Shown here piece after piece: positions 51,190 through 64,000 of a stretch of 64,000 nt of DNA. The number at the start of each line of letters is the position of its first letter. Position 1 is the first letter of the stretch. The notes below the pieces were generated by a model. That model was not told the origin of the DNA. It saw nothing but the letters and a program-made list of their open reading frames with translations, and did no database searches. The position numbers and the translations under genes are program-made. Source of the stretch: Malacoraja senta (Eukaryota); assembly GCA_038087875.1 (NCBI GenBank), contig CM075996.1:188001-252000 (forward strand), read 5' to 3'.

Positions 51190-52055
51190 AGTCAAACTGT
51201 GCCCACACTGACCAACATGTCCCATCTACACTAGTCCCTGCTGCCTGTGTTTAGCCCATATCCCTCTAAACCTGTCCCATCCATGTACCTGCCTAAATGT
51301 TTCTTAAACGTTGCGATAGTGCCTGCCCCAGCTATCTCCTCCAGCAACTTGTTCCATGGACCCACCATCCATTGTGCAAAAAGGTTACCCCTCAATTATC
51401 CCTAATAAATATCTCCCTCCTCATCTTAAAATGATGTACTCTGGTTCTTGTTTCCCCTACTCTGGGAAAGAGACTCTGAGCTACCCTGTCTATTCCTCTC
51501 ATGATTTTGTAGACCTCAATAAGATCACCCCTCGTTGTCCTGCGTCCCAGCCTGCTCAACCTCTCCCTATAGCTCACAGCCCTGAGTCCTGGCAACATCC
51601 TCGTAACTCTTCTCTGCATCATTTCCAGCTTGACAACATCTTTCCTGTAACATGGTGCCCAAAACTGAACACCATGCCCCAAATGTGGCCTCACCAACGT
51701 CTTATACAACTGCAACACGACCTCCCAACTTCTATACTCAATACTCCGACTGATGAAGGACAATGTGCCAAAAGCCTGTTTGACCACCCCATCTACCTGT
51801 TACTCCACCTTCAAGGAACCGTGTACCTGCACTCCTAGATCCCTCTGCTCGACAACACTCCCCAGAGGCCTACCATTCACTGCGTAGGTCCTGCCCGTGT
51901 TAGACTTCCCAAAATGCAACACATCATATTGCTCTGTTTTAAATTCCATCAACCATTCCGCAGCCCATCGATCAAGATCCTGCTGCAATCTTTCACAACC
52001 ATCTTCGCGATCTGCAAAACCACCCACTTTTGAATCATCAGCAAACTTGCTAATG
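51190..52055 (-). mobile_element. CR1/HER1-type LINE fragment reaching the RT catalytic motif
   Basis: Translates ISKFADDSKVGG...LQQDLD..W.MEF...RDLGV and LYKTLVRPHL. Confidence 0.9.
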
Positions 52056-53495
52056 TATGTTCTCATCCAAATCCCCCGAGCCCTACCATTCACTGGGTAT
52101 GGAGGTGAAAGTGATGTTGGAGATGAAAGTGGGGCTCTGTAATAATCTGTGCACAAGTCCTATGTGGACTGCAGTGTAGTGTGTGCAGGTATTTGGGCTG
52201 GATTAACTGCAGGCAAGGAGGAGAAGCTCGTGGAGAATAACCTGCAGGCATCTCATCAGCTTGACAGAGCATTAGAGTGGAGGTTGCTTAAACATCTAAA
52301 GACAATAGCAGCTGGGAGAGCTGCTGCCTCACGGCACCAGAGACCCGGGTTCGATCCTGACTCTAGATCCTGTTCCAAAGATGTGCCGATTTGTTGTTTC
52401 ATTGGCTTTGGTAAACTGCTCACCGTGTATAGGATGCAAGACCGTGATATATGGTGATCGTTGGGCAGCGCGGACTCAGTGGGCCGAAGCGCCTGTTTCC
52501 ACGCTATATCTATTAACTAAACTAATTAAAAATGGGATTGATGTTAGGATTAATGTAAATGGGTGGTTGATGTTCGGCATGGACTTAATGGGCTGAAGGG
52601 CCTGTTTCTACGCTGTATCTCTAAACTAGGCTAATAAAAAATGAGATGTTCGGCATGGAAATAATGGGCCGAAGGGCCTGTTTCCATGCTGTCTGACTGC
52701 TGGGCTGTTTGAGAGAATAACACAGATACCACCACTCCTTCTCTGACAAACTCTGGTTGCAAGTAACTGATTACCTGCAGCTCATAGAGATAAATATTGG
52801 GAGTCTGCTTACACTGTGATCGTTGATGCCATCTAACCAAAGTTGACTTGGTGACAAACCCTCTTTGTTCAAGGGGAGGATACGTTCGTCTGAAGAAGGG
52901 TCTCAATAGACAATAGGTGCAGGAGTAGGCCATTCGGCCCTTCGAACCATGGCTGATCATCCCCAATCAGTACCCCGTTCCTGCCTTCTCCCCATATCCC
53001 CTGACTCCGCTATCTTTAAGAGCCCTATCTAGCTCTCTCTTGAAAGTATCCAGAGAACCCGCCTCCACCGCCCTCTGAGGCAGAGAATTCCACAGACTCA
53101 CCGCTCTCTGTGAGAAAAAGTGTTTCCTCGTCTCCGTTCTAAATGGCTTACTCCTTATTCTTAAACTGTGTGGCCCCTGGTTCTGGACCCGAAAGGTCAC
53201 CCATTCCTTCCCTCCAGAGATGCTGCCTGTCCCGCTGAGTTGCTCCAGCATTTGGAGTCTATCTTAAGAGGAGTGAAAATACTTTTGGCTGATGGGGAGA
53301 CATTATAGAAATTTCTCAGCAACTATCTGAGAAAAATAGAATCGGCAGGCAGGCAGACAAGATTGGTTCATTTTGGGGGGTTTGTCAACTTGCTCCCACT
53401 GATTCCTGTTTGAAGTAGATAAAATGATAGGAGGCATAAGACTGGATAGACAGAACCCATGATGGAAAAATCAAATACGAGAGGGCATAGCTTTA

Positions 53496-54056
53496 AGGGG
53501 CTGTCCCACTTGGGCGACCTAATCCGCGAGTTCTGGCGAGTTTGCCCTTGACTCATACTCGCAGCATGGTCGACACGAGGTCGTAGGAGGTCTTCGTAAC
53601 TCTCCTTCATGCTCGAGAGTGGTCTCCGCGTACTCGAGGCCTCAGCTAGGTCGCGGCGTTTTTTTTCAATATGTTAAAAAATGCCCGCGAGTAAAAAAAG
53701 GTCGCCATGGAAAAAATCGATACTTTTTTTACTCGTAGGTTTAGTCGTAGTAGGTCGTAGTAGGTCGTAGTAGGTCGGCATGTTAGTCGTAGGTAATCGA
53801 GGGTAGTCGAAGGTAGTCGTAGATAGTCTTCATCATAGTCGAAGGGAGGTCGATGGAGATCGAAGGAGGTCGTCTTCACTCTCCACTATTCGGTGTCCAA
53901 TTTTCCCGAAGTTAGTCGTAGCTAGTCGTAGCTAGTCGTAGCTAATCGAAACTAGTCGAACCTGGTCTTCTGCATAGTCGAAGGAGGTCTTCTACATGTC
54001 ATTTTTTCAACCTCTTCTAAACTCGCCAATTAGGTCGCCCAAGTGGGAGAGGCCCT
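53496..54056. mobile_element. PIF/Harbinger-type MITE (type B, full length) inside a CR1-type LINE
   Basis: TIRs aggggctgtcccacttgggcgacctaat / attaggtcgcccaagtgggagaggccct. TTA TSD. Internal (tagtcg/taggtcg)n arrays. Confidence 0.9.
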
Positions 54057-54139
54057 TTAAGGTGAGAGGTGCAGGGCAGGTTTTTCTTGCATAGAGTGCA
54101 AGGAATATGCTGCTGTGTTTTGTTTAGTTTGGTTTAGAG

Positions 54140-54370
54140 CAGGGGTCGGCAACCTTGTTCTAAATAGGGGCCAGGACCCCATGTCTGAGAGTGGATGGCG
54201 GGCCACATCTATGAGGTGGCCTTGTCCGCTCACAGATAGATGGCGCCACCTGATAGACAGATCCACATCTATTCTGTGAGCGTATGGCGTGCCCCAGGAC
54301 TGGCTGCAGTTCCCAGGTCGCGAAAACGAACTGAAAAAACCCACTCCTGCGCTGCGAGCCGGATTATTTC
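54140..54370. mobile_element. Probable hAT-type non-autonomous DNA transposon, one end only
   Basis: Starts caggggtcggcaacc after gtttagag, a typical hAT/Charlie terminus and target. The other end is replaced by a LINE. Confidence 0.55.
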
Positions 54371-54384
54371 GGGTTAGGGGCCGT

Positions 54385-54930
54385 GGGTACAGTTTTGGTC
54401 TCCAAATCTGAGGAAGGACATTATAGCCATAGAGGGAGTGCAGAGAAGGTTCACCAGACTGATTCCTGGGATGTCAGGACTTTCATATGAAGAAAGACTG
54501 GATAGACTTGGCTTATACTCGCTAGAATTTAGGAGATTGAGAGGGGATCTTATAGAAACGTACAAGATTCTTATGGGGTTGGACAGGCTAGATGCAGGAA
54601 GATTGTTCCCGATGTTGGGGAAGTCCAGGACAAGGGGTCACAGCTTAAGGATAAGGGGGAAATCCTTTAGGACCGAGATGAGGAAAAACTTTTTCACACA
54701 GAGAGTGGTGAATCTCTGGAACTCTCTGCCACAGAGGGTAGTTGAGGCCAGTTCATTGGCTATATTTAAGAAGGAATTAGATGTGGCCCTTGTGGCTAAA
54801 GGGATCAGGGGGTATGGAGAGAAGGCAGGTACGGGATACTGAGTTGGATGATCAGCCATGATCGTATTGAATGGCGGTGCAGGCTCGAAGGGCCGAATGG
54901 CCTACTCCTGCACCTATTTTCTATGTATCT
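54385..54930 (+). mobile_element. Young CR1/HER1-type LINE 3' part
   Basis: Intact C-terminal frame VQRRFTRLIPGMSGLSYEERL...GYGEKAGTGY followed by the tail. Confidence 0.92.
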
Positions 54931-55929
54931 ATGTGGGTTGCTGACCCCCTGGTGTAGAGAAACAGCCAAACAGGCCCTTCGGCCCACCAGCTTCACGCTA
55001 ACCAGCGGTTACCCGTACATTAGTTCTATTCTACGCTCTAGGAGCAATTTACAGAAGCCCATGAATCCACAAACCTCTACGTCTTTGGAGTGTGGGAGGA
55101 AACCGGAGCACCTGGAGAAAACCCACGCAGGTCACAGTGGGAGAAGGTACAAACTCCGTACAGGCAGCACCCGACATCAGGATCGAACCCGGGGTCACTG
55201 GCGCTGTGAGGCAGTAACTCTGCCGCTGCGCCACCGTGCCACCCAAAATGTGTCGGGGATGGTGGTGGAGGTAGATATGATAGTGGTACTTTGGGTAGGC
55301 ATACGCAGGGAATGGAGGGATATGGATTATGTGCGGGCAGGAAAGAATTGGTCTTGGCATTGTGTTAGGCACAGACATTATGGGCCGAAGGGCCTGCTAT
55401 TGTGCTCCACTGCTCTATGTTCTATTTTATTTTTGTGCAGGTGCAGAACAGCACAACAGTCTTGAACCAAGACGCACCCTTTCAACCCCCGTCTCCAGAA
55501 AGGGTCGTACAACTTCCACAATTTTTCTTTACTTTAATACAAGACATACATAATGCGTTATAAATATATACATTATACATATATATAATATATATATATG
55601 TTTTTTAAAGGAGGTTCATTCTGTCTTCGCCTCGAAGCACGAGTGCCCAATTGAGAGCCAACTTTGGATTGCAAAATAACTGAATCGAATCTCTCCCTTA
55701 AAGATATAAATCAAATTATCGGACCGAGGGCCTCCTAGATGACAAAATAGTTTTGTATCTCTAAATGCGGAGTGCTGAGTCACTTGGAAGATCTACATTA
55801 CTCACAAAGATTTCAGTTGTTTAAAAAGTTGACAGACAATATTGAGAACACGGCCTTTGCAGGAAATATCATGTACAGATTTTTTTAATTTTCTCTCTCT
55901 GTGCAAAAGGAACCGAGAGTCACGGTAAA

Positions 55930-56216
55930 AGGGCCTGTCCCACTTACGCGGTTTTTTTTTTCGGCGACTTGCCGGCACCCTCACCACCATTCAGGAGTCC
56001 CCCTGCGACACGCGATTACTCACGACCATACAGGCGTCATGTGTCGACATGTCGCGGGGTGACTCCTGTATGGTCGTGAGAGGTCGCCCAAAGAGTCGTA
56101 CCTTTTTCTGGTTGCCGCTGGATTTTCAACATGTTCAAAAATTTTCGCCGACCTGCTACGACTATGACGGGTGCCGGCAAATCGCCGAAAAAAAACGCGT
56201 AAGTGGGACAGGCCCT
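55930..56216. mobile_element. PIF/Harbinger-type MITE (type E)
   Basis: TIRs agggcctgtcccacttacgcg / cgcgtaagtgggacaggccct, with subterminal inverted ttttcggcga.ttgccggcaccc. Confidence 0.85.
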
Positions 56217-56983
56217 TAAAGGTCAGGCGAGATTTTTTTTGATCCTTCCCCCCCCCCCCACCAAGGTATACTTCAATACTTAGACTGGTGTAAGAAACTG
56301 GATGGTCCAGTGAAAGTGATCTAAACAGCCATTTCGACAGCTTTGGAAGATCTCTCGGTGGAATTTTAAATTGTAGTGGCTGCTTATACATAGGAAACGT
56401 GCTCAGAGCAAAATCCCAAACACCTTCAACACAACCAAACTCTGCCGGGACATAAATTATCGACAAGGTTTCTCCTGTTGTTTTTTTAAAGAGCAGCAAT
56501 GATTTTTTTTTTTTGCACACATTAAGGCCTCGGTTTAATTTCATGCCAAACATAAGGAATTTAGCTCTTAGGGCTAACGGAGTCATGGGATATGGGGAAA
56601 AAGCAGGAACGAGGTACTGATTTTGGATGAGCAGCCATGATCTTATGGAATGGCGGTGCTGGCTCGAAGGGCCGAATGGCCTACACCTGCGCCTATTTTC
56701 TATGTTTCTATGAACCGCAACAATGCAGGGCTGCTTCAGTACCGCACCGGGAACTTCAGTCTGGTTTGTTGTGTCCAAGACTCTGGAAATGGGACTTGAA
56801 GATAGATCAGCCATGATTGAATGGCGGAGTAGACTTGATGGGCCGAATGGCCTAATTCTACTCCTATTCCTTATGACCTCATGGTCCATATAACACAAGA
56901 CAAAAATTGCCAGGGGAAAACTCCCTCCAAACCGTTACGTAATCAAAGGTTTCGATTTTTTAGATATGTATGGTTTGTAATTG

Positions 56984-57172
56984 AAGAGAAAGAGAGAGAG
57001 GAGGGGGGGGGGGGGGGAGAGAAGGAACGAGAATATGAGAGAATGAGAGAGAAAGATAGGAGAGTGAGTGAGAGGAGTAAGCGAGAGAGAGAAAGAGAGA
57101 TGGGAGTGAGAGAGACAGGAGTAAGAGAGAGATAGAGACAGGAGAGAAAGAGAAAGGAGTAAGAGAGAGAAA
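56984..57172. repeat. Degenerate (GA)n polypurine tract
   Basis: Direct reading. Confidence 0.9.
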
Positions 57173-59434
57173 GTCTGGTGCCTGAAAGAAATAGTTATCA
57201 GCTACACACTAATTCTTGGAGTTAGTTGGCTGGATTGTTACAGTAGCTTTTAATGTAATTGGAGTTTAGTCTCCTTTACTTTAGGCTTTAGATACAGTGT
57301 GGAAACAGGCCTTTCGGCCCATCGAGTCCGTGCCAACCAGCGATCAGCTGGTCGGTACACTCTCTCTCCGAATTATGTATTATTGCTGCCCCTACTACTT
57401 ATCAAATTCATGGATATGTTGTTTTTGTTTCATTTTATTTATATATTTGTAATTTGCTTGTTTTAACTGTAAGGTGTCCTTGAGTGTTCTGGAAGGCGCC
57501 CATAAATAAAATGCATTATTGTTATTATTATTATTACACTTAACACTATCTTACACACTGAGGACAATGTACAATTTTACCCAAGCCAATTAACCTACAA
57601 AACTGCACGTCTTTGGAGTGTGGGAGGAAACCGGAGCACCTGGAGAAAACCCACGTGGTCCTGGGGTGTTGATTGGGGATCAACTATTGGCTCCAAGGCG
57701 TTGAGGAGATCATCACAGAAACTGCCCTTCGGCCCATCATGTCCACACTGACCCATTGTGCTAATCCCGTTTACCAGTTGTCTTGTGTTTTGGTTTAGGG
57801 ATGCAGCATGGAAAGAGGCCCCTTGGCCGGCCCACCAACTCCGCACCGACCAGCGATCGCCCCGTACACTAGCTCTATGTTATACCACTTTTGCAATCTG
57901 CACATTAGGAGCAATTTACAGAAGCCAATTAACCTACAAAACCGCACGTCTCTGGATTGCGGGGGGAAACCGGAGCGCCCGGAGAAAACCCACGTGGTCA
58001 CGGGGGAGAACATCTGTGCAGAGAACACCCGAGGTCAGGATCGAACCGGGGTCTCTGGCGATGGGAGGCGGCAACTCTACCCGCTGTGCCGCCGTGCCGC
58101 CTGGGAAATGATAACCTGACTTCCTCGGTTAAACCTTGATGGAATTTAAGGGGCAGGGCCCCCTCAAAAACACCGCGGATATAGAAATAGTTTTTATTTT
58201 ACCATTGGGTTAAAGTGATCTGCTCAGTAGCGACGCAAATAGTTGTTACAGGTGAGAAATCAGACCATCCCAGTTCTCAGCAACTTACCACCAGCCAGCA
58301 GCGTTGGTTCAAATAAAGAGGGGGAATCAAAAAAAAAATTTCGCCTGAAAGTTGTTCCTTATCACCATCCCCGTGAAACAGAGGTTTACTGTGCTGTCTG
58401 CCACAGAGTCTGGTGTACAACAAGGACAAACAGAATTCACACACCAGTTTTTGGACCGTACTAAAACCTAAATCAATATGATTGAATGAATTTATAGTGT
58501 GAGAGAGTTTTTTTTTTGCTTGCTTTTATTCCTGTAATTTCAGCAACCTTTTGCATACATAAATAAATCCCCTTAAGGTGTCTACTGACACTGAGCAGAC
58601 CCCCTCTTGACTGGATGGACGGCCACAAATAAACTCGTTGGAGCAAGGGTTTAAGAAAGAACTGCAGATGCTGGAAAAATCGAAGGGAGACAAAAATGCT
58701 GGAGAAACTCAGCGGGTGAGGCAGCATCTGTGGAGCGAAGGAAATAGGTGACGTTTCGGGTCGAGACCCTTCCGCCTCACCCACTGAGTTGTCTTCCCGC
58801 TGGTTCTCTCTCGTCTCAGTGAGGGGCACCAGGAGATGTTTCAGCCAGAAGAGAGACACAAAAAACCTGCAGTAACTCAGCGGGTCAGGCAGCATCTCTG
58901 GGGAGAAGGAACGGGTGACGTTCCGGGTCGAGACCCTTCCTCAGGCTGTTTGAGGCAGGCTGGATTGGGTCTGAAGTCAGAAGAAGGGCCTCGACCCCTA
59001 GCGTCGCCTGTTCCTTCGCCCCATAGATGCTGCCTCACCCGCCGAGTTTCTCCAGCATTTTTGTCTACCTTCTTTACAGCAGGGACTCGGATAGGAAAAT
59101 TACAGAGAGGTCTCCCAGTGCCATTTCAAAAGATGCAGCGTAAATGTCTGTAGCACCTCGTACAACGCCAGGGTCCAACTTCAGGGGCCATTATACAGCC
59201 AACAAAGCAGAATATGTTGTGATGATTGCAATATAGGAGCCAATTTGTGCACAGGTAGCTCCCACAAGCAATGCTGAGGTAAATGACCGAACGATGAATT
59301 GGTTGACGTTTAAGCGTTGACTCTACGAAACAGGGAACTTTGGTCCCTGCTCCTCAATATGGTGGCGTCTACTTCCATTTAGAGGCGCAGATGTGGACAC
59401 TGTTCAACATCTCCTCTGACGGGCACCATCTGTG

Positions 59435-60006
59435 ACAGACAATAGACAATAGACAATAGGTGCAGGAGTAGGCCATTCGGCCCTTCGAGCCAGCACCGCC
59501 ATTCAATGTGATCATGGCTGATCATCCCCAATCAGTACCCCGTTCCTGCCTTCTCCCCATATCCCCTGACTCCGCTATTTTTAAGAGCCCTATCTAGCTC
59601 TCTCTTGAAAGTATCCAGAGAATCAGCCTGAGGCAGAGAATTCTGCAGACTCACAACTCTCTGTGTGAAAAAGTGTTTCCTCGTCTCCGTTGCAAATGGC
59701 TTACCCCTTATTCTTAAACTGTGGCCCCTGGTTCTGGACTCCCCCAACATCGGGAACATGTTTCCTGCCTCTTGCGTGGCCAAATCCTTAATAATCTTAT
59801 ATGTTTCAATAAGCTCCCCTCTCATCCTTCTAAACTCCAGAGTGTACAAGCCCAGCCGCTCCATTCTCTCAGCATATGACAGTCCCGCCATCCCGGGAAT
59901 TAACCTTGTAAACCTACGCTGCACTCCCTCAATAGCAAGAATGTCCTTCCTCAAATTAGGGGACCAAAACTGCACACCATACTCCAGGTGTGGTCTCACT
60001 AGGGCC
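59435..60006 (-). mobile_element. CR1/HER1-type LINE 3' part
   Basis: The C-terminal ~155 aa of ORF 59532-60461 is LINE-derived (ALVRPHLEYGVQFWSP...). Confidence 0.92.
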
Positions 60007-60702
60007 CAACACAGCCGGCAACCGACAGTGCGGCACCCCCTCTGTATTGACACCGGCAGCTTCACGCAGGGCCCAAGAGGTAGCGGGGAAAGGTTCGATA
60101 CCGGTCCACCACCCTTGGTCCACCACCCTTGCCGGATTACCCGTTTTGCCAGACCGACAGAGCTCACGTCCTCGCGTTGGGGTGGGGGGGGAGGACTGTG
60201 GGGACGGATCTGCCGGCTCCAGAGTTCCAGAGCCCCGGCCGCAGGGGGGCAAATTCCTCTCTGGCACTCTGTAGCAGCGACTCTACCGCTGTGCCAACGT
60301 GCCGTCCTTGCCCAAGGGAGTAACTGAGTCTGGCCATTAAATCTTGCAGCTGGGTTCATCTCTGCACCCTTCCTTACCCTTCCCTTCCCGCCTCCTCCCT
60401 CCCTGCCACCACCACCCCCTCCCCTCCCCTCCCCCACGTCAGCATTTACCCAGCTGTGCAAACAGGATGTTTAAATGTATAGCGTTGCACTAAACCTGCA
60501 GCATATTCGCACTTATTATTCTCAGCTGCACAGTTGCAAATCAATTTGCAACTCCACACAAAGGTCCAGTAAATATTAAAAAAATTATTGCACAGACTGG
60601 GCTACGACTGACAAATGGGGAGTGATTCAAAAAAAAATCTCAGTTGCCTTTCGTTCAAAGTGATTGTAAGAGGACATATAACAGTACCTTTGACTTTGGT
60701 GA

Positions 60703-61200
60703 ACAGCACCTCATATTTCGCTTTGGGCAGCCTACAACCCAGCGGTATGAGTAGTGATTTCTCTAACTTCCAGGAACCCTTGCACCCCCTCTCTCTCGTC
60801 CCTCCCCCACCCAAGTCGTATTAATTTCAAAGGGTTTCGGCCCGAAACGTTGCCTATTTCCTTCGCTCCATAGATGCTGCTGCCCCCGCTGAGTTTCTCC
60901 AGCATTTTTGTCTACCTTCGTATTAATTTCAGTCGTCTCGTTGAGTCTCATTGTCTGTAACTCGTTTTCACCTAGCTCCACAGCTAGCAACGGCCTGTTT
61001 CCTTTATCACCGCTACTTCTTTTGAATGTCTTTCATTCATTTGTTCTATATCTCTCTATATCACCGTCGATATCTCTCGTTTCCCCTGCCCCTGACTCTC
61101 AGTCTGAAGGAGGGCCACGACCTGAAACGTCACCTATTCCTTTTCTCCAGAGATGCTGCCTGACCCGCTGAGTTACTCCAACTTGTTGTGCCCATCTTCG
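60703..61200 (+). mobile_element. Penelope-like 3' end (family A) with a nested family-B terminal module
   Basis: Reads QHLIFRFGQPT.. (frameshifted endonuclease end), then UTR and terminal module. The nested insert 60830-60917 is flanked by the 14-bp repeat tcgtattaatttca. Confidence 0.82.
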
Positions 61201-63271
61201 GTACCTTTGACTTCGTTCTTTTGCCAATGGGACACACACTTCATTCTATAGGTGACAGCAAACTATTGTTACTGTGGTGTTTCCTGGGTCTTTGCTGGTG
61301 CTATCTCAACCTTTAAGAAGCATCTGGACAGGTACATGGATAGGACAGGTGTGGAGGGAAATGGGCCAAACGTAGGCTGGTGGGACTAGTGTGGGTGGGA
61401 CTTGTTTGGCCGGCGTGGGCAAGTTGAGCTGAATGGCATGTTTCCAGGTATATGACTTGTCCCTCAGTTAACAAGAGAAGGGGGAGTCCATTCGGCCCCT
61501 GAAGCCTATTCTGTCATGCAATGAGATCACAGCTTGTCTATATTAAGATTGACCTTCATTGACCTGCCCTGCATCTGTGACCTTTAGGAACCTTGTCCAA
61601 CAAAACCTTTCCCAGTTTTGATATTTTCCACTTTCCCTTTAGATAGAGTGCATGTGGAGAGGATGCTTCCAGTAGTGGGAGAGTCTAGGACCAGAGGGCA
61701 CAGCCTAGGAATAAAAGGACGCACCTTTAGACTGAAGATGAGGAGCAATTTATTTTTGGCAGAGGGTGGTGAATCTGTGGAATTCATTGCCGCAGATGGT
61801 GGTGGAGGCCAAGTCATTCGGTATTTTTAATATGGAGGTTGAAAGTTCTTGATTAGTAAGGGTGTCAAAGGTTACGGGGAGAAGGCAGGAGAATGGGGTT
61901 GAGAGGGAAAAAGAGATCAACCATGATTGAATGGCGGCACAGACTCGATGGGCTGAATGGCCTCATTGTGCTCCTATGACTTATGCTCGCGTGAAGACAT
62001 GTTGGACAACCCGGTTTCACTTTCTCCACCTGTTCTGGACTCTCATTACCCGGGGACATGGTTTCTTTCAATCTGGCTTTCGACTCTTGGAATGAAATTG
62101 GGCTGAACCGTACATAGAACAGTGCAGCAGAGAAACTGCCCTTGGACACGCAACGCCCATGCCCAACATGATGCCAAGTTAAATTAATCTCCTCTGCCTG
62201 CACGTGATCCACATCTCCGCATTCCCTACATTTCCATATGCCTGTGTAAAAGCCTCTGTCTGGCATTCATAAGTTTGAGGAGTACAATTAGGCCATTCGG
62301 CCTGTCAATTCTACTCCGCCATTCAATCATGGCTGATCTCTCTCCCTCTCCAACCCATTCTCCTCCCTTCTCCCCATAACCCCTGACACCCGTACTGATC
62401 TAGAATCTATCTCTGCCTTAAAAATATCCATTGACTTGACCTCCACAGCCTTCTGTGGCAATGAATTCCACACTGCACGTTGGTGACCAGTCTCAATAAC
62501 TACTGCCTGGTAGTGTTGCATCCATCGCAATAAAGTGCTTCCAGAGTTTGGTTATGGCATGAATTAACTCCTGCCTCATAAACAACACCCTTGCTAATCA
62601 AGAATCTGTCAATCTCCGCCTTAAAAACATCCTTTGACGGTTTGTGGTAGTGAATGCCCTGGGTTGTGTTTCTGAAAGCAGTCCAATTTCTCCATGAGTC
62701 AAAAGCATCCATTTTCTACAGTTACCCATTGTATTGCTCTATATACACTTGCTATAATTCTTTAATTTCATTGAATAATGACCCGAACACTAACGATATT
62801 TGAACTAGTGGAAATTAATTAATTCAGTCACTAGCGAATACTATAAAACATATTAATTTTACTGTTATTAACTTGAAAAATGCGTTAAAAGTGCACGGGA
62901 ACATCTGTGTAAAGTCGGATTTCCATAGGTCAGGTCATTCTTAATCCAGGAGGCCCTCTGTACCTTGTAATGGTTAGACTTTAGACTCCATCTACACTTC
63001 ACGCTGCCTCGGCAAGGCCACCAGCATAATGAAGGATGGGTTTCACCCCAGACACTCCCTCTTCTCACCTCTCCCGTCAGGTGCGAGGTACAGAAGTGTG
63101 AAAACCCACACCTCTAGATTCAGCGACAGCTTTCTCCTGTCTGAAGTAGGGTCTCGCCCCGAAAGGTCACCTATTACCTTTGTCCAAGGATGCTTCTTGT
63201 CCCACTGAGTTACTCCGACATTTTGTGTCTATCTACAGGTTCCTCCCCGATGGCTATTAGTGGACTGCATC

Positions 63272-63675
63272 GACTGGGCTTATATTCACTGGAATTTAGA
63301 AGAACGAGAGGGGATCTTACAGAACATATACAATTCTTAAGGGATTGGACAAGCTAGATGCAGGAAAAAATGTTCCCAATGTTGTGGGTGTCCAGAACCA
63401 GGCGTCACAGTTTAAGAATAAGGGGGAGGCCATTTAGGACTGAGATGAGGAAAATCTTTTTCAGCCAGAGAGTTGTGAATCCGTGGAGTTCTCTGCCACA
63501 GAAGGCAGTGGAGGCCAATTCACTGGATGTATTCAAGGGAGAGTTAGATATAGCTCTTAGGGCTAACGGAATCCAGGGATATGGGGTACTGATTCTGGAT
63601 GATCAGCCATGATCATATTGAATGGCAGTGCTGGCTCGAAGGCCTACTCCTGCACCTATTGTCTATGTTTCTATG
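63272..63675 (+). mobile_element. CR1/HER1-type LINE 3' end
   Basis: Same peptide and tail as the other copies. Further fragments lie near 12155, 16480, 19220, 21010, 23040, 27070, 41685, 48020, 52905 and 61640. Confidence 0.88.
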
Positions 63676-64000
63676 GATTGGTTTCTTTCATGGTCTGGTA
63701 ATTTCATGGTTAAAACGACCGAAATTAGCTTTTTAAAAAAACAACCTAATTCCAGATTTATTTAATTTCCGGGATTTAAACTCCCAGCTGCTCTGGTGAG
63801 ATTCAAACTAATGTCGCTGGTTCAGAGCTCTGGCTGCCAACTCTACCAGCAAGACTACTTTAGAACACTAGCAGGAACGATTTGGATAACATCGCGGCTA
63901 CGGAGATTTGAACAAGGGAGAATGATTCAGGATGCCATTCCCAAGGAAATAAAGATTGGAACAGGGATGTTACAGATGGAAATAGGCGGTTTAGTTTCGT

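Noticed and set aside
56020..56898. 292-aa ORF
   Set aside because: Spans LINE tails, unique DNA and a MITE, with no coherent protein features.
59532..60461. 309-aa ORF
   Set aside because: A chance read-through of low-complexity and SINE sequence into a LINE C-terminus.

Overview
Repeat-dominated vertebrate DNA. The SINE and LINE content (HE1/V-SINE-type tRNA-derived SINEs sharing their tail with HER1/CR1-type LINEs) suggests a cartilaginous fish, probably a skate or ray; this is an inference. No host gene can be named, only a few weak candidate exons. The one long ORF (1070-3319) is the RT/CCHC part of a 5'-truncated L1-clade LINE with a 17-bp target-site duplication (TSD). The window also holds many CR1/HER1 and Rex1/Babar LINE 3' ends, Penelope-like (GIY-YIG) fragments and their short terminal modules, eleven PIF/Harbinger-type MITEs, two large compound microsatellites, and a ~3.7-kb near-identical duplication running into a 200-N gap. 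The main finding is two kinds of small mobile element carrying predicted self-cleaving ribozymes. (1) A ~140-150-nt SINE-like element whose first 54 nt fold into a minimal HDV-like double pseudoknot, with the predicted cleavage-site G at the element's 5' boundary (13636-13783 and 43907-44045, plus a 5'-truncated copy). (2) Many Penelope-derived modules with a minimal hammerhead core, inserted as monomers or inverted dimers with 13-16-bp TSDs. All family assignments come from reading motifs by eye, not from database searches. Boundaries of decayed repeats are approximate.
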